A stretch of DNA of 64,000 nucleotides from Treponemataceae bacterium (lineage in GTDB: Bacteria; Spirochaetota; Spirochaetia; Treponematales; Rectinemataceae): assembly GCA_963667725.2 (NCBI GenBank), contig CAXXHO010000007.1:32001-96000 (forward strand), given 5' to 3'. A program made the position numbers and the translations under genes. The notes under the pieces were generated by a model. It was not told where the DNA came from, searched no databases, and was given only the letters and a program-made list of their open reading frames with translations. Of the stretch, positions 35,851-46,426 are shown piece after piece; position 1 is the first letter of the stretch, and each line of letters starts with the position of its first letter.

Positions 35851-36513
35851 ATGATGATTGATATTAAAAATATCAGTTTAGAACTGGATAAGGCGCATAA
35901 AAATGTCCGTGAACTCATTGAAATATGCAGATCGGAAAAGCTTGAGGATAGTACATATCAAGATTGGAGTTATAAGGACGTTGTCGCGCATTTGACGCGT
36001 TGGATATCATTCTCTGCAAATAGACTTAATTGTATTGCTAATAAAATTCGTTTTAATGATGTTGAGGACTTTAGAAAGGCGAATAAAGAATGGTATGAAG
36101 AAGACAAGGGGAAGGGTCTTGGAGAAGTTGAAGACAAGTTTGATCAAGCCGTTGCACGATATAAAGAGGTTATACAGGACTATGGAAACGAAGACCTTAT
36201 TAGGGAAGATTTTCCCTTAGGATTCAAGATAGAGCTCTGGCGATATATGATAATGGATGGATCAATTCACCCTAATGGGCATTTGCTCTATCATTACTTG
36301 AAGCGAAGGAACTATTGGTACTTCTTGAAAGTGCTGGAAGATACGGAGGATATATATTCCCTGTACTCGAATAGGAACAACAAGGTTTATAGCTTTAAAG
36401 AATATGAAGATACGAATGGAATGGTAAAAGCAAGGATGGAAGAGTTGCGTAATATACATAGCGACATGGGAATACTAAAAAAAGTGATGGATGCCAATAG
36501 CTCAAATGCATAG
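35851..36513 (+). CDS. DinB/ClbS-like four-helix-bundle protein
   Basis: WSYKDVVAHLTRW..H..GH. Confidence 0.7.
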   Translation: MMIDIKNISLELDKAHKNVRELIEICRSEKLEDSTYQDWSYKDVVAHLTRWISFSANRLNCIANKIRFNDVEDFRKANKEWYEEDKGKGLGEVEDKFDQAVARYKEVIQDYGNEDLIREDFPLGFKIELWRYMIMDGSIHPNGHLLYHYLKRRNYWYFLKVLEDTEDIYSLYSNRNNKVYSFKEYEDTNGMVKARMEELRNIHSDMGILKKVMDANSSNA

Positions 36514-36604
36514 ATTGGGCACGATCCATGGATAGACTCTTTGGGAAAATGATCGATAATGATAAATCGATGCAGCTAAGAGAGAATTGAAGTGAGGCAG
36601 TATT

Positions 36605-37120
36605 TTGGACGTTAGTTTGGCATTAGTCGCAGAAAGCAAAAAGTACGTGTTGCGAAATTTAGTCAAGATGTACTGTCATGAGTGGTCGCAGTATAATGGA
36701 ATTGAAATAGATCAAAATGGCGATTACGCTTTTGAATACGACCTTGATAAATTCTTCGTTGATGAGAATTGCCATGCATATTTTATAATGCTTGAAGAGA
36801 GAATCGTTGGATTTGTGCTTGTTGATACGGATATTGATTTCTATAAGGAAAGCAACTATGCGATCTCAGAATTTTTTATCCTAAATAAATATAGAAAACT
36901 TGGCATAGGGAAAGAGGCGGCAGAGAAAGTATTTAATCGGCATAAAGGGAAATGGGAAATAAAGATGCATCCAAAGAATATAGGATCGATAGCGTTTTGG
37001 AAAAAAGTGGTCGAAGAAATGTCAAAAGGGAAAAAGTACGAGATAGAGGAAGGCTGCAAAGAATCGAAATATGGCGATGGATCATTGGGAACGGTAATAG
37101 GTTTCGAAACAATCGACTGA
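36605..37120 (+). CDS. GNAT acetyltransferase
   Basis: ISEFFILNKYRKLGIG, N..SIAFWKKV. Confidence 0.88.
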   Translation: MDVSLALVAESKKYVLRNLVKMYCHEWSQYNGIEIDQNGDYAFEYDLDKFFVDENCHAYFIMLEERIVGFVLVDTDIDFYKESNYAISEFFILNKYRKLGIGKEAAEKVFNRHKGKWEIKMHPKNIGSIAFWKKVVEEMSKGKKYEIEEGCKESKYGDGSLGTVIGFETID

Positions 37121-37241
37121 AAAAAAGTACAAGCGCCCGACGCTTGCGGCTGTCTGATGCGCGCTTTGCCGGATGATCCGCTGGTCTTGGGCGCGGGGAT
37201 ATGGGGTGTGCAAGGTTTTGTAATTGAAGCGAGGAGCAATT

Positions 37242-37784
37242 GTGGAAATAGAAATGATATCATCTAGAATTGTCTATGAAAACAGATGGATGCGGGTACG
37301 TGAAGATCAAATACGAAGAGCAAATGGAGCAAAGGGGCTTTATGGAGTAGTAGAAAAGCCTGACTTTGTAGTTGTCGTGCCAATAGAGGATGATTCAGTA
37401 TATCTTGTTGAGCAATATAGATATCCAGTAAGTGGAAGGTATTGGGAGTTTCCGCAGGGATCATGGGAAAGGGAAAAGATAGAACCGCAGGAATTGGCAA
37501 ACGCAGAACTAAAGGAAGAAACCGGACTGCGTGCAGAAGCGATGCAGGAGATCGGGACTCTCTATGAAGCATATGGGCATTCAAATCAGCAATATCATGT
37601 GTTTATAGCGCGAGGATTACGGCAAGAGAATGCGGACCTGGATGAAGAAGAACAAGGACTAGTATCAAAAAAGTTCAAGATAAGCGAGTTTGTAAAAATG
37701 ATAAGGGACAATGAAATAAGGGATTCAACGACAATAGCGGTATATGGATTAATGATGGCGATGAAGATAAGGGAATTCGTATGA
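37242..37784 (+). CDS. NUDIX hydrolase (ADP-ribose pyrophosphatase-like)
   Basis: GAGGAG RBS; VEQYRYPV..WEFPQG..ELKEETG. Confidence 0.9.
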   Translation: MEIEMISSRIVYENRWMRVREDQIRRANGAKGLYGVVEKPDFVVVVPIEDDSVYLVEQYRYPVSGRYWEFPQGSWEREKIEPQELANAELKEETGLRAEAMQEIGTLYEAYGHSNQQYHVFIARGLRQENADLDEEEQGLVSKKFKISEFVKMIRDNEIRDSTTIAVYGLMMAMKIREFV

Positions 37785-38356
37785 CGCCGAAGGAGAAACG
37801 ATTAATGGACATTTCATTTTCATATGAAGTCAGTTGGGATGATTACATTGACTCACAGTTGACCTATGATAGGAATTCGAATAGCGTAAAAGCAAACATA
37901 AAAAAGACAAGGATTGGCTTAATAAGCTTTTACATCTTTTTGATATTAATCCTATATCATGCAGTAAATGGAATAGGAAGGATCGCGGTAGTATTGGGGC
38001 TGCTCCTAATTGGAGCAGTACATATTAGCCTGGTGCGGAAGCTGCTAGAGATAAGAGTAAAGAGAGTATCAAAAAAATTAATAAGGGAAACAAAATCTGA
38101 TAAGATAATTGGAAAAAAGAAACTGAAAATAAAAGATGAAGAGTTGTTGTATGTGGAGAAAGAAAAAAACACGAAGGTTAAGGTCAAGGATGTCAAGAGA
38201 ATCCTCGAATCGGGAAAGAACTACTACATTTATCTCGATGAAGTGTCGGCGATAATACTTCCCAAGAATCTAGAAGGGGAGACAGATGCACAAAAAGAGA
38301 TGATAGAGTATATCAAAGAGAGAATGGGGGGAAGCCCCGATGAGAGAGCGGTATAG
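37781..38356 (+). CDS. YcxB-like membrane protein
   Basis: Two TM helices, C-terminal YIYL..AIILPK. Confidence 0.7.
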   Translation: MTPKEKRLMDISFSYEVSWDDYIDSQLTYDRNSNSVKANIKKTRIGLISFYIFLILILYHAVNGIGRIAVVLGLLLIGAVHISLVRKLLEIRVKRVSKKLIRETKSDKIIGKKKLKIKDEELLYVEKEKNTKVKVKDVKRILESGKNYYIYLDEVSAIILPKNLEGETDAQKEMIEYIKERMGGSPDERAV

Positions 38357-38362
38357 AACTTA

Positions 38363-38418
38363 GCCAATGTGTGCGTATGGGCTTAACCTAGTATTAGTCA
38401 GATGCGCTGCGCGCGCCG
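38363..38418 (+). repeat. attC right-arm plus leader-hairpin relic
   Basis: GCCAATGTGTGCGT..CTTAACCTAGTATTAGTCAGATGCGCTGCGCGCGCC resembles the end of attC 24 and its leader. Confidence 0.6.
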
Positions 38419-38433
38419 ATGGGAAGGAATTGT

Positions 38434-38937
38434 ATGGGAAATACGATAAGTATAGTCTTTGAGCCATTAATGGAGCGGCATAGGAAGAATGTAATTGATA
38501 TTTTGAACTATTACATTCAATCTACGACTGCCGCGTTTCGGGACAAAACCGTAGATTATGGCCACTTTGACAATTTTCTTGACAAAGAAAGCGTTTATCA
38601 GGGCTATGCCATCAAAAATGAGAGCGATGCTGTTGTTGGGTTTTGCACCTTGGAACCTTTTAAGAATATCGTGCCGTTCCAAACGACCGCAGAAGTAATG
38701 TATTTCATTGAAAGAGAGTACATTGGGAAAGGTATCGGAACTAAAACGTTAAGAAAACTTGAAGATGAAGCAAAACGATTAGGAATACGCAAGCTTATTG
38801 TAGATATTACCGATGACAATGAGACGAGCCTTGACTTTCATACGAGGAACGGCTTTAGGGAATATGGAAGATTGAAAAAGTGCTGGAAGAAGTTTGGGAA
38901 AGATTTGGGAATAGTTTATATGGAGAAAGACATTTAG
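38434..38937 (+). CDS. GNAT acetyltransferase (Pat-like)
   Basis: ILNYYI..TAAF, YFI..YIGKGIG, NETSLDFH..NGF. Confidence 0.88.
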   Translation: MGNTISIVFEPLMERHRKNVIDILNYYIQSTTAAFRDKTVDYGHFDNFLDKESVYQGYAIKNESDAVVGFCTLEPFKNIVPFQTTAEVMYFIEREYIGKGIGTKTLRKLEDEAKRLGIRKLIVDITDDNETSLDFHTRNGFREYGRLKKCWKKFGKDLGIVYMEKDI

Positions 38938-39020
38938 CTATTTTGAGAAACGACTAAACTATGCCGCATGTCAAGCCAATGCTGGATGAATTAGTATAAA
39001 ATGCGATAAGGGGCTCGCAA

Positions 39021-39806
39021 ATGAAGTGTCAACGGAAAACCTTCGCGCTCATTTTATTGGGGTTGACTTTGCTCCCTGTGTTTGGACTGGAAACGGTTTC
39101 CGTGGAAGTGAATGGCATTATTCGGAATTCAGAAATTTATTTCCCACCCAATATGAATAGTGAGGCGCTTCCTGTGGTATTTGCTTTTCATGGCCACGGC
39201 GGTACGACGGAATCGGCGGCTTCGCGCTTCCATATAGAAAAGTTCTGGCCGGAAGCAATAGTTGTTTATCCCCAAGGGCTGAATACTCCTACCAACTTAG
39301 TCGACCCTGAAGGCAAACGCTCCGGCTGGCAGAGTTCTATAGACGATCAAGGGGGAAGGGATATCGAGTTCTTCGATATACTATTTCAATATCTTAATAG
39401 CAAGTGCTTGATAGATAAAACTAGAGTGTACTCTATTGGGTTTTCCAATGGAGCGGTTTTTACCTATGTATTGTGGGCGGCGCGAGGCGATGCGCTCGCC
39501 GCGGTGGCTCCCATAGCTGGATTGCTGCCTTCAAAAAATGATAGGGACAAACTCGAACCAAAGCCAGTATTTCTTGTTGCAGGGGAAAACGATCCACTTG
39601 TAAGATTTTCCTGGCAAATTGAGATGGCAAATATGGTGCTGAAAATAAATCGATGTGGAACGGGAAGATCAATCACGAAGAATGTAACTGTGTATGATTC
39701 AATAATCGATGTGCCAGTTGAAACTTATATCGACAAATCGGGGCATGAGATACCGGAAGAAGCCTTGCCGTACATCGTAGGGTTTTTTAGGGAACATAAA
39801 AAATAG
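39021..39806 (+). CDS. Secreted alpha/beta hydrolase (PHB depolymerase/esterase-like)
   Basis: Signal peptide, FHGHGG, VVYPQG, GFSNG, GENDPLV, GHEIP. Confidence 0.88.
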   Translation: MKCQRKTFALILLGLTLLPVFGLETVSVEVNGIIRNSEIYFPPNMNSEALPVVFAFHGHGGTTESAASRFHIEKFWPEAIVVYPQGLNTPTNLVDPEGKRSGWQSSIDDQGGRDIEFFDILFQYLNSKCLIDKTRVYSIGFSNGAVFTYVLWAARGDALAAVAPIAGLLPSKNDRDKLEPKPVFLVAGENDPLVRFSWQIEMANMVLKINRCGTGRSITKNVTVYDSIIDVPVETYIDKSGHEIPEEALPYIVGFFREHKK

Positions 39807-39849
39807 ATAGCAAGAATCAAAAGCATAAATAGTAGGCGAAAAGGAGGCC

Positions 39850-40470
39850 TTGCCCATGAAGCGCATAAAGCTCTTCTCTCTGGCAACTTTGTTTTTTCTA
39901 TGTGTATTTTGCGCATACTCTCAAGTTGAAATCACTGAGTATCAAGGGGAGAAACTTTCTCCATTTGATCGCGGATACGATAATTCCATAAAAGGACCGC
40001 AAAAGGTAGATATCAACATTTATAGACTGATTATTGATGGAAAGATCAAAAAGAATTTGTTGCTAAGCTACAATGAAATCCTGTCGCTCCCCTCGACAAC
40101 GCGAGCGGTAACGCTGAACTGCATAGAAGGGTGGAGCGAGCATTTGCTGTTCAAAGGTGTTCGAATGGCTGAAATAATCAAACAGGTGAACGTGAGCAAA
40201 GATGTACAAACGGTAATATTCTATGCCATCGATGGATATTCGTCGTCCTTGACCTATAAATACGTACTCGATAATGACATTATGCTCGCCTACGAAATTA
40301 ATGGGAAAAAGCTCAATAGTGAAAGAGGATTCCCCCTGCAAGTAGTAGCAGAATCAAAGTATGGGTATAAATGGGTGAAGTGGGTTGCCCGGATAGAATT
40401 CTCCGATAAACCGTATGAAGGGTATTGGGAGAAGCGAGGATATGACAACGATGCGGCTATTCAAAATTGA
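39850..40470 (+). CDS. Molybdopterin-dependent oxidoreductase (sulfite oxidase/MsrP-like)
   Basis: LNCIEGWS, GFPLQVV..KYGYKWVKW, GYWEKRGY. Confidence 0.9.
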   Translation: MPMKRIKLFSLATLFFLCVFCAYSQVEITEYQGEKLSPFDRGYDNSIKGPQKVDINIYRLIIDGKIKKNLLLSYNEILSLPSTTRAVTLNCIEGWSEHLLFKGVRMAEIIKQVNVSKDVQTVIFYAIDGYSSSLTYKYVLDNDIMLAYEINGKKLNSERGFPLQVVAESKYGYKWVKWVARIEFSDKPYEGYWEKRGYDNDAAIQN

Positions 40471-40551
40471 GGATGATATAAATGGGCTGGCTAAGAAGAT
40501 AAAACGAACTGTTGACTGGACATCTTTGGCGTAAAGCCTTTTGGATCATGT

Positions 40552-41130
40552 ATGTACTACTTCAGATACCATAATACCAACTGTTTTTTCATCAAGAATC
40601 GTAATAACGATACCTACCTTGCTATCGACGCAGGGTGGCCGTGCACATTGCGCGAATATCAACGGGCTCTAAAAAGTATTGGGATCGCTTTTAACAAAAT
40701 AAGTGCCTGTATTGTTACACACTTGCATATGGACCATGCCGGGCTGCTGGGTGAATTCCTTGAGCATGGGATAGAGTGTTTTCTGGTTGGAATGCAATCT
40801 GATAAAGAAATCGATGAGATGGAAAGGATCATAAAGAAAAATTATGAAAACTATAGAGCAATAGACAAAAGTAAAATGAAGAGGGCTTCAATAGAAAGAA
40901 TAAATGAAATACTTGAGAAAGAAGGTTTTTCGGGAGAAGTAATCATAACAAATGGGCATTCCCCCGATAGTATTAGCTACATAACAGAAGGAAAAGAAGC
41001 AATCATAGGCGATTTGACGCCGTTAGCGCAGATCATGGATGACAAAAAGAGTGAAGAAAGTTGGGCCATAATTGAGCGAAAGCATGTCAAGAAAATTTAT
41101 CCAAGTCACGCGAGTGTATTTGAGATCTAG
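40552..41130 (+). CDS. Metallo-beta-lactamase fold hydrolase
   Basis: IDAG, THLHMDHAG, GHSPDS, GD, PSH. Confidence 0.9.
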   Translation: MYYFRYHNTNCFFIKNRNNDTYLAIDAGWPCTLREYQRALKSIGIAFNKISACIVTHLHMDHAGLLGEFLEHGIECFLVGMQSDKEIDEMERIIKKNYENYRAIDKSKMKRASIERINEILEKEGFSGEVIITNGHSPDSISYITEGKEAIIGDLTPLAQIMDDKKSEESWAIIERKHVKKIYPSHASVFEI

Positions 41131-41222
41131 AGGGGATTAAGGCAACCCCTGGTTTCATCTTGCGATTGCAGGACATGCCCAGAGGCTGATCGTACGTCAA
41201 GTCGCCCACTTTTGGCGACGAA

Positions 41223-41780
41223 GTGATCAATAAAGCGATAATGGACGCCAGTATGACATATTATGTTTTCCTTAGGGCAGTAAATGTCGGTCCTGCCACA
41301 AAAGTGGATATGGCGCTGCTTAAAAAGCATATCTTTGATAAGTATCGTATTACTATAGAAACCTATAAGAATAGCGGCAACATAATCGTAAAAGAGCCAG
41401 ATGATCGGGAAGGAATACTCAACGTTATCAAAGAATCAATAAAGAATTTGTCTGCGATAAGCGTTGCCGTACTGGGAAGAGATAAAGGCCAGCTAATTCA
41501 TTATCTGGATATGAATCCATTTAAAGAATCTAAATATGAGAAATCTAAAACGATACTTTATATAGTTGAGGATGAGGTTGATAAAGGTAAAATAGCGGAA
41601 ATTGCGAAAAAGAATGGAATCATAGAAGAGTATTGGTATAATGAGGAAGTTCTCTATGTTTACTATCAAAATGGCATTGGAAGATCAAAGCTTACAACAA
41701 CATTGCTGGAAAAAGTGTTTGACTGTAAGGTTACGGGAAGAAATGTCAACACAGTTGAAGAGTTGATCAGCAAATGGTAG
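41223..41780 (+). CDS. DUF1697 family protein
   Basis: FLRAVNVG..VDMA.LK, TY.NSGNI, TGRNVNTV; true start probably at MTYY. Confidence 0.85.
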   Translation: MINKAIMDASMTYYVFLRAVNVGPATKVDMALLKKHIFDKYRITIETYKNSGNIIVKEPDDREGILNVIKESIKNLSAISVAVLGRDKGQLIHYLDMNPFKESKYEKSKTILYIVEDEVDKGKIAEIAKKNGIIEEYWYNEEVLYVYYQNGIGRSKLTTTLLEKVFDCKVTGRNVNTVEELISKW

Positions 41781-41863
41781 GAATCGCTTGATAACCGTTT
41801 ATTCAGCGATGCTGTCGCCGCGGAAGCGAGCGACGTGAAACGAGTGCTTTCTTAGGAGGATGT

Positions 41864-42271
41864 ATGAGAATAACTGTTGAAACAAAGATCAAAGCACCGA
41901 TTGAAAAAGTTTGGGAAGAATATGTCACGCCTGCTGCAATCGTTCAATGGAATACCGCATCTGATGATTGGCATACGATCAATTCTCGAGTTGACTTAAG
42001 GACTGGCGGAGAGTTCAGTTCTAGAATGGAAGCGAAGGATGGAAGCGCTGGATTTGATTTTGCAGGCACCTACACAAAAATCGTACCGATGGAACTGATT
42101 GAATATTCATTTGGCGAAAGAACGGGGAAAGTAGAGTTTATTGATGAAGGGGGAGCCATCACGGTAAAGGTTACTTTCGACGCTGAAACTGAGAATTCAA
42201 TTGAACGGCAGCGCGAAGGTTGGCAGGCAATATTGGACAATTTCAAGAAACATGTGCTAAACTTAAAATAG
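41864..42271 (+). CDS. SRPBCC/AHSA1 family protein
   Basis: APIEKVW, WNTASDDWH, DLRTGG, MEAKDGS.GFDF, QREGWQAILDNFK. Confidence 0.9.
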   Translation: MRITVETKIKAPIEKVWEEYVTPAAIVQWNTASDDWHTINSRVDLRTGGEFSSRMEAKDGSAGFDFAGTYTKIVPMELIEYSFGERTGKVEFIDEGGAITVKVTFDAETENSIERQREGWQAILDNFKKHVLNLK

Positions 42272-42379
42272 GAAGACGGATTGACGGCAAAAATGTTCAT
42301 CACCAATGATTATCTAGGGGTTTCGCGATAGCTTTTATTGCGAACACCAGGTATAAAGTAAAAACTGGCAAAACTTAAC

Positions 42380-42907
42380 ATGGCGGGGGAATTTGTGAAG
42401 AAAAAAGCAATAAAGTATTTATTTCTTATTATGGTATCATTATTTATTTGCGGTTGTAGCGTGGAAAACGGCAGAACCTATCAAAAATATTATTGGGCAT
42501 ATTCTCCGAAATATATCTATGATACGAATCCCTATACGCCATCCATCATATACAATGATGAGTATTTTGCCGCTGGAGAAGGATCATATTATATGGAGTA
42601 TACCGCATGGGATGGCTCATCCTGGTATATGTACTATTCGATTGAAGTCGATAAAGGATTTTTGTTCGATAGGGGCGATGACTTCTATTATGAGATTGAT
42701 CTATACGCAGCGGGCCCGACATTATATCGATATCGCGATTCCAAAGACATCAATAGTGGAAAAAATGCGGATGCGAAAACTTTTAATAGTGGCAAGGAGC
42801 TAGTAAAGACTAAAGTCGAAGGGCTGGAGAGAGGACCGATAGTTGGATCCGAGGAAAGAATCTACGAGAAGGGAAAAGTAAGAATTGAATACGGCAGGTT
42901 GTATTAA
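42380..42907 (+). CDS. Putative lipoprotein
   Basis: Basic N-region, hydrophobic core, ICGC lipobox. Confidence 0.7.
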   Translation: MAGEFVKKKAIKYLFLIMVSLFICGCSVENGRTYQKYYWAYSPKYIYDTNPYTPSIIYNDEYFAAGEGSYYMEYTAWDGSSWYMYYSIEVDKGFLFDRGDDFYYEIDLYAAGPTLYRYRDSKDINSGKNADAKTFNSGKELVKTKVEGLERGPIVGSEERIYEKGKVRIEYGRLY

Positions 42908-42911
42908 AAAA

Positions 42912-42990
42912 ACTTAATGCCGTTTCAATCCGATAAGCTTTATTATTTCAATTCTTGCAGCCTATGCCGGAGTGATCTCCCTGGCAAGCA
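42912..42990 (+). repeat. attC relic (family B left arm)
   Basis: GTTTCAATCCGATAA..ATTCTTGCAG..GGCAAG versus GCTTCAACCTGATAA..GTTCTTGCAG..GGCAAG. Confidence 0.5.
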
Positions 42991-43032
42991 ATAATGGCGG
43001 GGACAAGCGCTGCGGCAACAGAGGATAGGTGA

Positions 43033-43524
43033 ATGCGGTGTTTTCGAAATGCAACGGCAGAAGAAATCGATTATATCAATGCCATGTTCGATGCCGTGAA
43101 GGCCAAGGGAAAGGTCGACGGCTCTTCGGATTGGGACGAGGATTATCCAAATAAAGATATAATTGAAGATGATATAAAGAATAAAAATCTGTATGTGCTT
43201 GAGGATCGAGATAAGGTAATAGCCTCGATATCGGTGCTGGATGAAGAGCCGGCAGAATTGAATGTCATTGATTGGGAAGATGGGAAAGCATGCTTTCTCG
43301 TGAGGTTGTGTGTCGCCCCTGAATGCCAAGGGAAGGGTATTGGGGAAGAAATGATGAAGAACATCAGCGGCATTGCAAAAAAGAAGGGATATAAGGCGAC
43401 GCATCATCTTGCCGCGGAAGCAAACAAAGCGGCGAATAGGTTGTATCAAAGAATGGGATATAAAGACCTAGGCAAGATACATGTCTATGATACGGATTTC
43501 ATAGCATACGAGAAAATGCTGTAA
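43033..43524 (+). CDS. GNAT acetyltransferase
   Basis: WDEDYP, RLCVAPECQGKGIG, NKAANRLYQRMGY. Confidence 0.9.
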   Translation: MRCFRNATAEEIDYINAMFDAVKAKGKVDGSSDWDEDYPNKDIIEDDIKNKNLYVLEDRDKVIASISVLDEEPAELNVIDWEDGKACFLVRLCVAPECQGKGIGEEMMKNISGIAKKKGYKATHHLAAEANKAANRLYQRMGYKDLGKIHVYDTDFIAYEKML

Positions 43525-43543
43525 GGAATTGGGAAAGCAGGGA

Positions 43544-43637
43544 CCGGACAGTCGCTTCGGTTAGACAACCACACTAGCACGGTTCGATCAGCTCGTTTCG
43601 TTCGCGAAACGAGGGAAGGCGCCAGTTGCGCCTTCAG
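43544..43637 (+). repeat. attC relic (family C)
   Basis: TCGCTTC..CACGGTT..CAGCTC..CGTTCGC..GCGCCAGTTG.CGCCT matches attC 18/19 in order and spacing. Confidence 0.55.
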
Positions 43638-43691
43638 AGCGCAAGATAGAAAATATGCCGTCAAAATACATAGCAGTTCCAGGAGGCAATT

Positions 43692-44036
43692 ATGGAGAAG
43701 TTCGTTAAGTCGAGCATAGGCGTAATTGCGCTTTTTGAGGAACTGACCTCGCCCATACAATGTGACCACAAGAAAATGTTCGGCTATCCTTGCCTGTTCG
43801 TCAATGGGAACATGTTTTGCGGCACGTTCGCCGATAGGATATTCGTAAGAATAAGCGGTGAACGACAAAAAGAATGGAAAACCCGATACAGCAGAATAAA
43901 GGATTTCGAGCCGATGCAGGGCAAAAGGATGAAAGAATATTTGGAAATTGATGGTTTGGAAGATAATAGGGGAATCATAAGCGCTTTGATCGCCGAATCC
44001 ATCGAATATATGAAGACGCTGAAGCCCAAGACTTAA
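43692..44036 (+). CDS. TfoX/Sxy N-terminal domain protein
   Basis: KKMFGYPCLFVNGNMF, FEPM..MKEY. Confidence 0.88.
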   Translation: MEKFVKSSIGVIALFEELTSPIQCDHKKMFGYPCLFVNGNMFCGTFADRIFVRISGERQKEWKTRYSRIKDFEPMQGKRMKEYLEIDGLEDNRGIISALIAESIEYMKTLKPKT

Positions 44037-44045
44037 TAAGGGAGG

Positions 44046-44321
44046 TTGTCCATGGAGTTCATACCGATACCTTATTTCGGAATGATCATGTTTTTCTTTG
44101 TCGCGCCAGCATTAACATTTGGTTTCATCACGATCACCAAAAAGATAAAGGCTGATGTGGATAAGTTGAAATATCAAAAAGAGATCATTGAATTGGAAAT
44201 CAAGAAAGAGGAACTTCACCTAAAGATGATGACGGAAGAGAACAAGAAGTATGACAAGATGATTGAAGGGGCCACGAAGAGTACGCAAGAAGACCGACAG
44301 ATAGAGGGACGGAATCTCTAG
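44046..44321 (+). CDS. Small TM plus coiled-coil protein
   Basis: GGAGG RBS, one TM helix, charged helix. Confidence 0.72.
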   Translation: MSMEFIPIPYFGMIMFFFVAPALTFGFITITKKIKADVDKLKYQKEIIELEIKKEELHLKMMTEENKKYDKMIEGATKSTQEDRQIEGRNL

Positions 44322-44352
44322 AACGTCCATGCGCGCGATACAGGAGGAGTAG

Positions 44353-45120
44353 ATGAAACATCATCCTAAAGAAAACCAGTATTTCATCTTGAGAGTCGTT
44401 TTCTCTGTAATTGGACTCTTTATAGTCTTTTCTATTGTGTACTCGTCAAGAAAAGACGTTTCGATCGCTGCCGGAAGCGTTCTTTCAACGATGATAATAT
44501 ATGTCGCTGTCATAATAATCTACCTAAGGTTCTTCAACATGTTGATGATTGGTTACCTTAGGGGCAACGGCATACTCATCAATGAAAATCAGTTTCCAGA
44601 AGTATACGCGATGGTTCAAGAGATAAAAACCATTTACCGGATGGAAACGGAACCAAAAGTTTTCCTCATACAAGAGGGAGGAGTGCTGAACGCGTACGCC
44701 GCCCGTTTTGTCGGGAGGAACTATATAGCAATCTATGCAGATGTGTTTGAGCAAGTAGAGAGGGATCCAGAAGTATTAAAGTTCATTCTTGCCCATGAGA
44801 TGGCGCATGTAAAAGAGCACCATGTGCAAAAGATGTTCTGGACAGGGCTATCGTTCTATGTTCCTTTTCTGGCGCAGGCATATTCGCGAGCATGTGAATA
44901 TACGTGTGATATGAACGGCTATGTGGCGTCGAAGACCGGCGCGAGGAATGGATTAGTGATGCTTGCGGCGGGAAAGCACCTCTACAATAAAGTCAATATT
45001 GGACAATATGTTAAAGACTGCCAGGAGAATAGTTCATTTGCCGTGAAGCTGGTGGAAAAGTTTAATAGCCATCCGAACCTTCCCAAAAGGATAGAATATC
45101 TAGAAAAAGAGACATTCTGA
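44353..45120 (+). CDS. M48 family metallopeptidase
   Basis: QFPE, LNAYA, AHEMAH, YSRACEYTCD, SHP...RI. Confidence 0.9.
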   Translation: MKHHPKENQYFILRVVFSVIGLFIVFSIVYSSRKDVSIAAGSVLSTMIIYVAVIIIYLRFFNMLMIGYLRGNGILINENQFPEVYAMVQEIKTIYRMETEPKVFLIQEGGVLNAYAARFVGRNYIAIYADVFEQVERDPEVLKFILAHEMAHVKEHHVQKMFWTGLSFYVPFLAQAYSRACEYTCDMNGYVASKTGARNGLVMLAAGKHLYNKVNIGQYVKDCQENSSFAVKLVEKFNSHPNLPKRIEYLEKETF

Positions 45121-45153
45121 CAGTCGGCGGGCAAATAAAGCGAGGGGAGATCT

Positions 45154-45738
45154 ATGAGAGAAATCGATCCTGCAATCAAGGCCTATATAGAGAATTATGA
45201 TGTGGGCGTTCAAAAAAGGCTTTTACTCATAAGGGATATAATCTTTTCTTTGATGCCCGCCGCGGAAGAAACAATCAAGTACCAAATGCCGACGGTAGTG
45301 TATCACGGGAACCTCATCCATTATGCGGCTTTCACGAACCATATCGGGATTTATCCTTTGCCGAAAGTGATAGAAGCCTTGAAAGAAGAGTTGAAGGTTT
45401 ATAAGCAAGGGAAGGGATCCATCCAGTTCCAAAATAATGAAGAATTTCCAATAGAAGTCATAAAGAAGATAGTCAAGACAAGAGTTGAAGAAAAGGAAAT
45501 TGAGATAAATGCAAAAAAGGCAAAAGCAAATAAGGGGAGCATTGCAATACCTGAAGAATTGAAGAGAGTATTGGGAGAGGATGCGGAGGCCAAAGATTTT
45601 TTCGAAAAACTTTCGGATGGCTATAAGCGAGGATACTGCGATTGGGTCGGAGGCGCAAAGCAGGCTGCGACGCGGGAAGTTCGCGCCGGGAAAGCCCTGT
45701 CAATGCTCAGGAATAAACAGAAGACATTGAAGACATAA
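45154..45738 (+). CDS. DUF1801 (YdhG-like) fused to a YdeI/OmpD-associated domain
   Basis: EETIKYQMPT, YAAFTNHIGIYP, KGSIQF; C-terminal IPEEL..FFEKLS.GYKR.Y..W...AKQ..TR. Confidence 0.85.
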   Translation: MREIDPAIKAYIENYDVGVQKRLLLIRDIIFSLMPAAEETIKYQMPTVVYHGNLIHYAAFTNHIGIYPLPKVIEALKEELKVYKQGKGSIQFQNNEEFPIEVIKKIVKTRVEEKEIEINAKKAKANKGSIAIPEELKRVLGEDAEAKDFFEKLSDGYKRGYCDWVGGAKQAATREVRAGKALSMLRNKQKTLKT

Positions 45739-45806
45739 CATGAAACGCGATCATTCATACGACAGTTTTCATCGGATGTGTTTTGCATGGGGCGCATGGG
45801 AGGCCT

Positions 45807-46322
45807 ATGATATTGCCATCGAAACGCGATCAAAGGTTTATTACAATACGAAGAGGCGGCACCCTGACTGATTCTGACCACTATCTCTTGGCGGCATGGG
45901 CGGCGAAGTGCGCCGAACATGTTCTGCGGTTTTATGAAGAAGAATATCCATCGGACAATCGGCCGCGGAGGGCCATAGAAGCGGCGAGAGCTTGGGCAGG
46001 GAAAAAGATAAATCTTGATACAGCAAAAGCTTCAGCATATAATTCAAACGCGGCCGCGAAGGACAAGGTCGGAGCCGCAAAGTATGCGGCACTATCGGCC
46101 GGCCAAGCGGCGGTGGTGGGGCATGTGGCAGCCCATGAGTTGGGCGCGGCCGCATATGCGATCCGGGCGGTAATGGCGGCGAGCGGAGAAGATGAGAGGA
46201 GCAGCAACGGCAGGAAAGAATGCGAGTGGCAAATAGAGCAATTGCCTGAGGAGATTAAGGAACTGGTGATCGATGATGAGAAAAATAGGAATGGCATCTG
46301 CTGGAATGTTTTCTTGCTTTAA
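45807..46322 (+). CDS. Imm5-like putative immunity protein
   Basis: LAAWAAKCAEHVL..DNRPRRAIEAARAW, AGQAA..HVAAHELGAAAYA. Confidence 0.8.
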   Translation: MILPSKRDQRFITIRRGGTLTDSDHYLLAAWAAKCAEHVLRFYEEEYPSDNRPRRAIEAARAWAGKKINLDTAKASAYNSNAAAKDKVGAAKYAALSAGQAAVVGHVAAHELGAAAYAIRAVMAASGEDERSSNGRKECEWQIEQLPEEIKELVIDDEKNRNGICWNVFLL

Positions 46323-46426
46323 GATGCTGCAAGGGGACAATCCGGCGATTCCTCGGTCGCGCCAAACGTTCCCCTTTGCGTTGGACGCAACGGCTGCAAG
46401 AAGAAGAGGAGCTAAAGAATAAAACG